From Podarcis filfolensis (Eukaryota): 64,000 bases of DNA. Position numbers and translations under genes: made by a program. Every line of letters starts with the position of its first letter. Position 1 is the first letter of the stretch. The stretch is from assembly GCA_964270895.1 (NCBI GenBank), contig OZ185437.1; one strand, written 5' to 3'. This document shows, piece by piece, positions 25,424 through 36,441 of this stretch. Under the pieces are notes generated by a model that was not told the DNA's origin, did not search any database, and was given only the letters and a program-made list of their open reading frames with translations.

Positions 25424-27886
25424 AGGTGTTCAGGGCATCCATGAGCACTAACAGAACTGTGAAGGGCAAGGTCCAAATAAGTGGTGGTATCTGAGTTTGT
25501 GACACTGTTTTGAAACAGCCCAGGTAGCATGTGGACTTGACCTGAGTTGGAGTGGGAAGACCAGGATGTGGCTTGACCTTCAGAATGTGGGATAACAAGT
25601 CTCATATAACCAGCATGGTTAAGTCTAATGAATGCATGAAGGGGATAATACCACAGAATAAGCTGTCCTGAGAGGCTTAGCATAGGTCACTCTTGAATTC
25701 CTATACCAATAATTTAGGAACTTTCAACATTTTGTAATTAAGCTAAGTTTTACTGCCTGTGCAACTTTCTGAAGCGCATGAACCTGACCTTTGAAGAGTT
25801 TGTAAGTAAATTATTTTTTTATTTACCAAATGTGTGGTCTTTTTCTATGCTGGGTAAGAGAGAAACTTTGGAATTCACTGTAAAGGGCATATTTTAAAGG
25901 TCTAACAGACTGTATTTGCTGCCTATTTCGTGATTTTAAATTTCTGCTAGGGTTCTCTCACCAAATAATTCGTGCCCCAAACTTGCCTCTTAGCATCTGG
26001 GAATTCTCCTTTCAATATTTCTTCATTGAACCAACACAGAACTGGGCATCTCCCTTCCCAGCTAAATTGGCTTTCAAGCCTTTCCACTCCACACAGGGAA
26101 ATGGCTCTGTACACATTACCATTTACTCTGGCCCCAATGCACTCCCACCTCTGGCTTTTTGAATCCATGTACGCCCAACGTTGCCCACAATGCAGAACTA
26201 TCCTGTAGTTTCTCGAGAAATATCGCTGCTTGAAACGTTTTCTCTCAAATCAACTTCAGTCAGGAAGTAAAACTTCAGCCACATTCACGATGCATTTTAG
26301 CTGAGGTATGTACGTTTGAGACAGCCTTTGCACATACTGTATATGGATGACAGTGCCAGGCACAGATAACAGTTAATGTGCATTGGGTGAAGGCTTCCCC
26401 TACCCCTCTCTGGTGTGTGTGTAGAATAGGGTGCAAATGCCACATGAAACACAGTGGGGGGAAATGGCCTTGCTGCATTTTAAGCCACTAATGTGTATGT
26501 AGACTATGCAGCAGAAGATTTGTTGCTGGGAGTCATTGACTTTCCCCGTTCCGTCTTCTTCCCTCACAGACATCCTAGTGATCCAGCCAGACCCACTGTT
26601 TTCCCCATCTTAATGGAATTACAAGTTTTCATGCTCAGTTAGGAACCCCTGGCAATTGACTCATTGAGTGGTTTTGGAAAATTGCACTTTCTCATCCTCA
26701 AAGATCCCACACCGGGCAATAGCATATGCTAGATTAACAGGGGTTGCTTCTCTTAGTTTTCTTAATTTGCATTTTAAATCGGGCTAGTTCTAGGGTAGGC
26801 AGAAGGGAGTTTGGGATTTATTCATAGAACTTTCTCTTGCTGAGTATTTGAGTAGATAGCAGGAGCCTCCGGTACCAAAATAAAACAGATGTCATGCAGA
26901 TGTCACACCGATAAAGTAACAAAACAACTCCTTGCTGAAAAGAGGTGGCATCATTCATAACATGTGGGAAATGCGCTCATTAAATCTGCAATTGCTAGCT
27001 GCACATTACATTAATCATCTGATTTAAAAGCAGGTATGGATCTAATATTGGAATAAATAGGTAACGTGCAGGGAAAACATTCTTTTTGCCAATAAAGAAT
27101 TCTTATATTGATTATGGCATATCAAGAAATTGGGAATATTTTTGAAGTATGTTCAGTTCTAGTTGAAAGGATCTTCAGCATTTATAACACTTCATTCTCC
27201 TCATAAAAGTAGGCAACAATACCGTCTCCATTACAGTCTCTTCTCCCTGAAATTATATGCCAATCCTAGTTTATAATGTCTGGTCCTGATGGCTCTTTGT
27301 ATGGTACATCCAAGTTTAGAGAATATATTTTACTGCATTTGGGTCAAAACCCACAATATTAAAATCTAAAAATAATGTGTCACTTGATAGTGTCGAAATT
27401 GCTCTAAATTATTCCATTGCTCTTTCTAGACATAAAGCTGTAAACTTAGTTCTGTGCCAGTAAGTTTGTATTTTATTTGTGCTGTTCCGAATAATTGTTC
27501 AATATGTTTCCTAACCGTTGCCAAAACAACACACTGCGGGGGGGGGACGGACCCAAATACTAGTAGAATACTGCATACGTAGTTGGAAAAGTACTTTGTG
27601 TCTGATCTGTTCTCTTTTCTCCCCACAGGTCTGCCTTACCCCAGTTCCACAGAACTTTCATCCTTTCCTATTTGCAGATGTACATGTTACTGGAATATAC
27701 ACTACCACACCTACAGGTTAACAACAGCCAGGCACACAAACAGTGCTATCTGATGGATGGGCCTTTATAAATTGTTTCAAAAGATTTGGCAGTTTTTGCA
27801 ATGTCTCACAGATTTTAACTATCAAAAGATTTTGAACCTGTGCATAAAAAATCAATTAAAAAAATTTTTTTTAACAATATATGCTC

Positions 27887-28448
27887 ATGGTGACAGCAGC
27901 CACGAAATTAAAAGACGCCTGCTTTATGGGAGAAAACCAATGACAAACCTAGACAGCATCTTAAAAAGGAGAGACATCACCTTGCCAACAAAGGTCCATA
28001 TAGTAAAAGCTATGGTTTTCCCAGTAGTGATGTATGGAAGTGAGAGCTGGACCATAAAGAAGGCTGGTCGCCGAAGAATTGATGCTTTTGAATTATGGTG
28101 CTGGAGGAGACTCTTGAGAGTCCCATGGACTGCAAGAAGATCAAACCTATCCATTCTTAAGGAAATCAGCCCTGAGTGCTCACTGGAAGGACAGATCGTG
28201 AAGCTGAGGCTCCAATACTTTGGCCACCTCATGAGAAGAGAAGACTCCCTGGAAAAGACCCTGATGTTGGGAAAGATGGAGGGCACAAGGAGAAGGGGAC
28301 GACAGAGGACGAGATGGTTGGACAGTGTTCTCGAAGCTACAAACATGAGTTTGACCAAACTGCGGGAGGCAGTGGAAGACAGGAGTGCCTGGCGTGCTCT
28401 GGTCCATGGGGTCACGAAGAGTCGGACACGACTGAACGACTAAACAAC
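27887..28448 (+). mobile_element. Bov-B (RTE clade) LINE, 5'-truncated 3' end with open RT C-terminal frame
   Basis: Translation DSSHEIKRRLL...KAMVFPVVMYGSESWTIKKA...RLQYFGHLMRREDSLEKTLMLGK...RGRQRTRWLD is RTE/Bov-B-like; ends GAGTCGGACACGACTGAACGACTAAACAAC; 9-bp TSD ATGCTCATG (27881-89, 28449-57). Confidence 0.93.
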
Positions 28449-28839
28449 ATGCTCATGCTGGTTGGGGTACAATAAATACATATGAACTTAGCTTGTGTTT
28501 ATATGATGTTTTGTAAACTGAAATCTCTAATAAGAAGGAAAGTGACTTAGGTTGCATACACACAGCATTTTATTCTATGCACAATCTAGTTCTACTGCAT
28601 ATTTTTTGCCACTGAAAAGTACTTGAGAAACCGGTTTCATTTAAAGAATAGAAATTTACTGCAGATTGATTCTGCATTACCCTGCAGTATGTCCATTTGA
28701 AAACAGGTTAAAACAGATGTAGGCAGCCGTGGCAATGGGGTTGGGGAGTGTCCACAGCTGCCCTATTACATTCTGGGTGGGTATACTGTATACACTAACA
28801 TCGCCATCACTACTTCTTTCTTTCCCAGTTTAGCGAAGT

Positions 28840-28934
28840 TTTTAATATTTAATGGTGTATTGTTTTTAACACTTGATTGGAAGCCACCCAGAGTGGCTGG
28901 GGAAACTCAGCCAGATGGGCGGGAGTATAAATAA

Positions 28935-28967
<33 letters not shown>
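28840..28967 (+). mobile_element. L2-type 3' end with (ATT)n tail
   Basis: GGAAGCCACCCAGAGTGGCTGGGGAAACTCAGCCAGATGGGCGGGAGTATAAATAAATT(ATT)n. Confidence 0.75.
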
Positions 28968-29756
28968 TCTTCATTCACCTGGGGCATGTGCAGGGGGGGA
29001 ATGGCATGGATAACCTACTCAAGAGAAAAGCTTTCAAGTAAGCATAGCCACCTGTGTGGATGGCAGATGGATCTAGATTGAAGCACCATGTTCAGGACGA
29101 TCATCAACAATTTGGGATTGAGGAAAACTTAATTTTTGTGCTGCAAATGGCTTTGTGTATATGCAGCCTTATACCAAGTACTTACATAACTAGAGTTCCA
29201 CGCCACCCACAACCTCTGCTGAGTGGTAGCATGATTCCAGGGATTCCAGGTGTTCACCCAGGGTGTCTGCAGTGTCTTCTAAATACTGTTTATTTATGCA
29301 TATTTACACCTGAGTTCAGATGGAGAGGGCATTCACAGCAAGTGGGCTTGTCCTTCCCAGCAGCACAGCACTGGACTCAGATGCATCCTAAGCATCATCC
29401 CCGTGCCTCTGTAACAGCCCGCTCCAGCCAGCCAATATGGCTGCCGCCCTTCAGTCCCCTCATGGAGACTTCCTCCTCCACTTCCTGCTGCTTTCCCCCA
29501 GAACCCCTTGCCAAACACAACTCCTCCATCCATTACATCATCCCCAGTGTCCCCTTGACAACCTCTGTTTCAAAAGCCTCTTGCAAAAGACACATTTTTC
29601 CTGTGGTGACACCACACACCCAGTTACCCTTGCAACTTTCCCCTCACATCTTCAATTGCCTTTTGCTAACTAACACACAGCCTCAGGAGGAACTTCTCTC
29701 TCACACACACCCCACTTCTTGTCTGATGGTGACCCTGCTATCACCTTTGTACTTTC

Positions 29757-31988
29757 TTTCTTTTTTGTGATGATTAGTTTCACAAGACTTTATTGTAGTA
29801 TATGGCACCAGTTGTAAGTTGAAACTATTTATTTTTGGTTGTTTTTTTTAAATTATATTTATTCAAAATTTCATCAATACATAAACACAAAAAACAACAA
29901 CAAGAAAAACAGAAAAATACAGCAAAAAAATAAAACAAAAAGAAAAAACCAAAAAAGAAAGAAGAAAAATACAAATCTCAGATTACAACTTTTCATTTGC
30001 TTATTTCTTGAACCTCCTCACACCTCCCTTTTTGTATTCTAGTTTAATTTGTTATTCCAGCAAATTCTTCCCATGTTTCTCAATTTTAATTTAAATGATT
30101 AATCTTCACAATCTATCTTATTTATTGATTCAGCATAACCTTTCCATCTTTTAATATAATCTGTTATTCAATTTACCTTAATCTCTTTAACCTTATCTTA
30201 TCTTAAAAATCTTAAAATTTCAAAGTTTACATCATATTCATACATATCTCCTTAAATCATTTCTGCTAAAGCCAATTTAGTTCCTTTCCAGCATATTCCC
30301 TGATATTTCATTAATGTTGCACTAATTCCAAAATTAACAAAAGAATTTCCCTTGATATCTCTAATTTTTATCCAACGTCCCTTCTTCCTGGTTTCGGGTT
30401 ATGTCAGTCCTTTCTGTCCATTACATCCAGTCCATCAATCTGGTGTTCTTATGTCCGAGGCCCTTAAATCTCTTCTAGGCCCCTTCTGCAAATTTTCTTG
30501 TTCTTGTTTCTGCTTATGCACTTCTTTGTCTATTGTTGGTTTCTTGGGGAGTGGGTCTCCGGAGGGTTCCATCAGGTAATAGTTTCCATTTTCCTTCGTC
30601 AGACTGGCCCCTCCCCCCCCCGTCCCACTCCCCGTCGTCATCTTTGTAATCCAAAAAATATTTATCCAAAAGATAGTTATTCACCTGTTTCATAGTCCCA
30701 CTAGAGTTAAAAGCTTCCTTGACTTCAAACACTTCTCAGCACTCTCCAAGTTCAATCTTCCAACGCAGTGGCTTTTGTTCCTGCAGGACTTTGGATCTCT
30801 CCATTTGTGTTGTTTGAGGAGTAATCACTGCCTCTTCCTTCTTCATCTGCCCTTGGTCTTGCCTTGTTAAACCAGATTCCTGAATTGATCGCTGTATAAC
30901 TTCTTTATCCTTATTCTCTGTTAAATCATATTCACTGGCCACAGCACTCATCAAGTCCAATTTTTCATGCATCAAGTTCATTTTCTCATGCAGCTGCTCC
31001 AGCAAAACATTTGTCATGCCAAGGGCAGACACCAAACCTTCCTTCCAACACATTTCTGTCAAAGTCAAACGGCTGGTCCCACGATCCAAATCTCGCAGCT
31101 GTAGAGTCTTCCAGTAAGCTGCAACAACAAACTGACAGGCTCCCTCTAGGGGACACAATTTCTATTTGTATCCATTTTTTAAATGTATCCAACAAAGGAG
31201 ATTACTTTCGATTTCAAATCCTTTCGATTTTCAGATACTTTGTTTCTTTGAAATGCAAAAATGCAGAAAGTAGCATTGAAGTTAATTTGTTTCTCTTTTT
31301 TTTAACTATCTGTCAAAAGTACTCCGCTTTCAATCAATGGACGTCTCAAACAATTTCTGTCCCGACACCCCGTCCCCAGGTTTGGGACGATGGAAACTTA
31401 AATTCCTTTACTCTCCTCTTGCAGGATTAAACAGTCAAATCCCCCCCCCTTTTCTCCTGCTTCCAAGGGGGTTTTATTGGTTGTGGATGCAGGAAATTTC
31501 CAACTTTAAAGCAGTTTTCCAGGCTATTAGGTTGCAAGGTCTTTGCTTCAGTCTATATACAAAAAGCGGAAGGTGGACGTCCTGTTTAAACCTTCCCGCT
31601 TCGTGTCTAATTCATAAGTTTTGCAAATTTCTTAATCCAATTCTCCGTTTTTACTCACAGGTACTTGATTTAGAGTCCAAATGTCATCAGGAGAAAGTCA
31701 GCGCTCTCCAGCGATGGCTGCGCGGCTTCCCTCCATGGAAATAGCGATCGGTTCGCAGCACCGCGCTGCTCACCCCGCTTCACTCCGGAGCCCCGAAAAG
31801 GGGTTTCCTCGTGAGTAGGGGAGGCGCTCTTGGTGCTCTGCCGAACCCCACGTTCCCAGGCTTCTCCGCCTGGGATTTCTAGCGGGCCCCCGCCTTCGCC
31901 GCGTCGGGAAGACCCAATTTCCACAGAGCCCGTTCCTCCGATCGGAGGAACTCTGCCATTCGTCGTTGGCGCCGACCCGGAAGCTCCC
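29757..31988 (-). mobile_element. TSD-bounded, RT-less L1-like retroposon (HAL1-like or internally deleted), 2232 bp
   Basis: Perfect 17-bp direct repeat ATCACCTTTGTACTTTC at 29740-29756 and 31989-32005; minus-strand 5' end GGGAGCTTCCGGGTCGGCGCC with a CpG-rich ~300-bp leader; A-rich tail at the other end; single interrupted ORF at 31158-30514. Confidence 0.8.
30514..31158 (-). pseudogene. Interrupted coiled-coil-like ORF of the retroposon (ORF1-like position)
   Basis: ORF-track entries 30736-31158 and 30514-30732 are in the same frame, separated by one TGA; heptad-like LEQLHEKMNLMHEKLDLM segment; I see no RT, endonuclease or clear L1 ORF1 RRM motif. Confidence 0.5.
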
Positions 31989-33609
31989 ATCACCTTTGTA
32001 CTTTCATAGCACCTCTCTATGGCACTCTTCTGAGGAAACTGCCTTTTTAAGGCCTTGCTAAATCCATTGATCAAACCCCACATTTACTAATTTCATAAAC
32101 TATGAAGAGAACTTGGCACCCAGGAATTTTAGGGATCCTTGCCCCCTGCAAACCCATAACGCTGGAAAGAACTTCCCATTCCACTAAATGGGATTTAATT
32201 CTGAGTAAACGTTTCTAGTATTACACTATTAATATGTGATTTAGGATCCTGAAATTGCAGCGTTGCTGACATTTCTACATCAATCAACTATAATCAAAGG
32301 TACAGAAGTCTAATCCTGCAAGTTAAACTTGGTGCAACAAGTATAACTTTCAAAGTCTCATAATGCAGGTTTTGCCCAGTAAAATCGCTTTCATAAAAAA
32401 TTGTAATTGATGCTATATGATATGACAGTTAAATAAGCATATGTTTCCACTTGAAGGCCACTGTAGAATAATAACAAAACTTTAGAGGGGAAATGGCCTG
32501 GCTAGTTCTAAATCTGAAACCATTTTGAATGAAATACTGTATTAGCAAGTCTTGTTTTGCCCTGCCTTCTATTTGGGGTCAGCTAAACAATAGCTACAAA
32601 GCTTTTAACAAAAGACTTTACTTCAAACGCAGTGGATATGGTAGATGAAATAATAATATTAGAAAAAGTATAAAAAGTGTACTCCAAATATATATCTGAC
32701 ATTGTAATTCTGCACTTTTGCCCTGGTAATATGGGCCAGGACCCAAAGAGCTGGGTACAATTTTAGACTTCTTCTCTTTCCTGAACAGAAGCAGCCTGCT
32801 GTGCCACATCACAAACTGCACTTTGCAAGGTCCCTCTCATATTGAAAATAAACTTGAGGGGCACAAGGCAAAAGTTACCATGGGAGCACAGTATTTGGGT
32901 AGTACTTTGGACTCAGGTTGTGATAGTTTGTTTCTCAGACATTCCCACACATGACCCCTTGCTAGCCCTGCAATAACATTTTAGTCTTCAGGGCTGATTG
33001 CATTGCCATGTGCACCTGTTCTGCACAATATGTGCAGGTTATCCCATCATCCCTTCCACTTTTATAGCGGTGCTGTTATGCAAATGCCATGACTTCCAAC
33101 TTTGACAGTAACATTCCAAAAATTAATCTCCTTCCCCTGACATTGGGATCCAAATAGGTACATTTCCATTCAAAGTGCTCTCCTCAAAGTCTGAAATTGT
33201 TGTATCAGTAACCAATTCTTTATTTGGGAGATAGCTGATTCTTTCTTTGGAAGATGGCTCGAAGGAATCACAAACATGTAAACTAATTTAAGTAACTATG
33301 TTCAGCAAAAGTTGTGTACTTAGCAGATGTGGCTTATCAAGTCAATTCATCTGCTATCAGGAATAGTTGTATTTCCTGCTTAAACTCTCTCCTGTCACTA
33401 ACAGTGTGCAACTCAAAGAGCTAGGAGCAAATCTTTCATAGCAATAAAGTGACCACAATTTCTCTGTTCCTTTAATGTCATAATCCAAGCCAGCATCAGA
33501 GTGAAATCAGAAGGGTGTGTGTTAGGAATTCAGTCTCTCTTTCCAGTCTCCTTGTCTAGACAAGTACTGTACATGTCTAGGGTGTTTGCAAATTGTGTTG
33601 GCTAAGTGG

Positions 33610-33900
33610 GACAGATAAAAGATTCTGCTGGTGTACTGGCAATCCCCTGCTGCCCAGCAGTCTCCCTATCTGAGCTGATCAATATGGTCTTAGATATGGT
33701 GTTTAGGAGCCCCACATTCTTAGCAGTGGAAGATGTCAATATCCATGCAAAGGACACCAGGTTGGGGGGCAGCTCAGGACGTCGTGATCAGCATCACCAC
33801 CATGAGGCTGTCCCATGAGGCTGTAATTGGCCCAATACATGTGGCAGAGTGCACATTAGACTTGGTTTTATTGATTGGGTGGGAAGATGGTAGTCTGCAA
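33610..33900 (+). mobile_element. Old L2 LINE endonuclease-domain fragment
   Basis: PCCPAVSLSEL...LAVEDVNIHA and GAAQD...TTMRLS...GPIHVAECTLDLV correspond to the APE-endonuclease GDFN and PTH-xx-LDL motifs; frameshifted. Confidence 0.7.
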
Positions 33901-34724
33901 ATGAGGGATTTTACATTGATTGCCTTGCCAGTTCTCTGTTGAGGTTTAGGCTAATAGCAGGTGTATCCTCAAGGTTACCAGAAGGCTCTGGGTTTTCTTC
34001 CAACTGATTTCAGCTGTTACACACTACACCTTTAAAGCACATCCAAAGCACATTATTTTCCTCAAATAATTCTGGGCATTGAAGTTTCTTAAGGGCTTAT
34101 GAAAATTATAACTCTGAGGGGTAAACTACAGTGCCCGGAATTCTTGGAGGGAAATAATCAGCTTTGAATGTGCTTTACAGATATGGTGTGTGCACAACCA
34201 AGTTGGCAGTCAATCTGTGATACCCGGAGATGACTCAGAGTGGCTGAGTGCTATCTCTCTCTTAGCAGAGCTCTGGATTTCATATTTTTATCCTCACCTC
34301 CATAAGAATAATGTAAAATTTTACATGGTGCATTGAGATTGCAGAGAATGATTGTTATTGTTCATAATTAGTATTTATTGTGCTTTTAAAAATTTGTTTA
34401 TATGATTTGAGTATGTCTTGATAGGTGTCGCAGAGACTTATACTCAAAAGGCAGGTTAATTACTGGGCAACATATAAATGATGTATGATAATAATTATTT
34501 TTTAAACCAATGGTCCTTCTCTGCTCTTCATTTTAGTTTGTGCCAATACTAAATATTTCAGAAATACTTGAAAATAAATGTTTATTTAAAGCTGTCAAAA
34601 ATTACTTGGAAGAACCTGGAAATGGCTTCCTCCTTATCTCAATGGGTTTGCTCTATCATACTTGTGAATTCCTTATTTACTTCAAACAAAGCAAGTGTGC
34701 CTGTGAGTATGCAAGTTGTTGGAC

Positions 34725-35552
34725 ACTTGGATGAGTGTATTGAGGGGATGCTCATCAAATCTGCAGATGACACCAAACTGGGAGGAGTAGTCAATACTGC
34801 AGAAGACAGGATCAGGATTGGAGAACTGAGTCAAAACTAACAAAATAAATTTCAATAGGGACAAATGTAAGGTTCTGCACTTAGGCAAGAAGAACCAGAT
34901 GTACAAATATAAGATGGAAGACACGTGGATTGTGAGTAGTAAATTTGAAAAGGATTGAGGGGTCTTAATAGACCACAAGCTTAACAGCAGCAAGAAAGCT
35001 AATGCTATCTGAGGCGGCATCAACAGAAATCTTGTGTCCTGGTCAAGGGAAGTAATAACCCTGCTCTATTCTGCCTTAGTCAGACCACGCCTGGAGTACT
35101 GTGTCCAGTTCTAGGTGCCACAGTTTAAGAAGGATATTGACAAGCTGGAATATGTGCAGAGGCGGATGACCAAGAAGATAAAGAGTCTGGAAGCTAAGCT
35201 TTATGAGGAACAGTTGAGGAAACTGGGTACGTTTAGCCTGGAAAAGAAGAAACTGAGAGGAGACATAGCCATCTTCAAATATCTAAAGGGCTCTCAAATG
35301 TGGGGGAGCAAGCTTGTTTTCTCCTGCTCTGGAGGCTAGGACCTGAACTATGAGTTCAAGTTACAAGAAAGGAGATGCCGACTAAACATCACAAAGAACT
35401 TTTTGTTGGTAGTACTGTTTGGCAGTACAGTGGTCTCCAAAGGAAGGTGGATGGCCATCTGTCATGGATCCTTTAGTTCAAATTCCTGCACGGCAGGGGA
35501 TTGGACTAGATGACCCCGGGGTCCCTTCCAACTTTACAGATGTATGATTCTA
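34725..35552 (+). mobile_element. CR1 LINE 3' fragment
   Basis: IEGMLIKSADDTKLGG (RT YADD region) and QFKKDIDKLEYVQRRMTK...LGTFSLEKKKLRGD; terminal TATGATTCT. Confidence 0.9.
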
Positions 35553-35909
35553 TTTTTGCTGATTTTGTTTTTATGAAGCACACTCTGCTGAAGTTATTCA
35601 AGCTCCACATCCTTTACACTCTAGATTTCAATTACTTGAAGAGCAAATGCGAATTTGGCCAGGAGGAGGAACTGGGGGAAAGCAGATAAATTAAAAGACA
35701 GAGAAAGATTTCTGGTAAAGCCATGAGAGTTCACAGAACAGTGAAGTGGGAAGAAAACACGTTTCTCCTCATTTCTCTTGCAAGAAGCGCTCAGCTTTGG
35801 CACTTTTGCGCTGCTCCTAGTGAGGAACAGAGTGGGCAGTTGAAGCCGATGGCTGCAAGAGGCCACACTTCTGTCAAACTGACCTCTGCTCTGCTCAGCA
35901 TTACTAGCC

Positions 35910-35923
35910 GTCGCCTAGGCAAC
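35910..35923. promoter_or_regulatory. RFX X-box
   Basis: GTCGCCTAGGCAAC fits GTNRCC(N0-3)RGYAAC. Confidence 0.6.
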
Positions 35924-36034
35924 GAGAGGAGATTCCCCGCCCCCGCCTGCCCTTCCCTTCTTTTTTTCGCCTCGCATCTCGCATCTCGCTCCTCCTCCTC
36001 TCCCACTGCTATCCCGTTAGCACTCGGGGCAAGA

Positions 36035-36072
36035 TCTCGCGATGCTTGCCAACTGGAGTGGCCGCCATATTG
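36035..36072. promoter_or_regulatory. TCTCGCGA (BANP/ZBTB33-type) motif plus YY1 motif at the probable TSS
   Basis: TCTCGCGATG at 36035-36044; GCCGCCATATTG at 36061-36072 is the reverse complement of CAATATGGCGGC. Confidence 0.6.
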
Positions 36073-36441
36073 TGTGACACTATTTTGATTTGGACTCGGC
36101 TGGCTGAGACGCGCAGCGAGAGAAGAAGGAGGTGGACGAGGGGGGAGGGACGGGAGCGACTGGGAAGCCGGAACCGTTCCAAGCGAGGTCGGGAGCGGCG
36201 CCTGCAAGACACCCACCCACCCGCCCAGCCGAGCCCTCCCTTCCTCTGCCCGCCGCCACAGCAGCACCAGTCACGGAACCCCCCTTCCTCCCTCCCCCGG
36301 TGGCGGCGGGAGGAGGAGGCGGCGGCGGCGGCTCAGGAGGGGCTCGGAGGTGTCCGCCTCGCCGGTTGGAGGCGGCGGCGGCAGCGCGGGCGGTAGTGGC
36401 GGCGGCTGTGGGAGGCGGAGGCGGAGCCGGTGTCGAAGAAG
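36060..36441 (+). other. Probable non-coding first exon (5' UTR) of an unidentified gene
   Basis: GC-rich, with (GGA)/(GGC) runs and no ATG on the + strand; ends at the donor AAGG|GTAAGA (intron starts at 36442). The start coordinate is approximate. Confidence 0.65.

Noticed and set aside
25068-25683. ORFs spanning the N run
   Set aside because: Artefacts of undetermined bases.
29054-29770. 238-aa ORF, the longest in the track
   Set aside because: GTG start, C-rich low-complexity composition, no domain or splice support; it ends inside the retroposon tail.
30622-30645. FLAG-like peptide DYKDDDGE in the retroposon ORF (minus strand)
   Set aside because: Only 6 of 8 residues match, it lies inside a TSD-bounded natural element, and there is no vector, linker or tag context. 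Most likely coincidence rather than a synthetic insert.
36060-36441. Assigning a gene symbol to the CpG-island gene
   Set aside because: No coding exon is available and I do not recognise the UTR; any name would be a guess.
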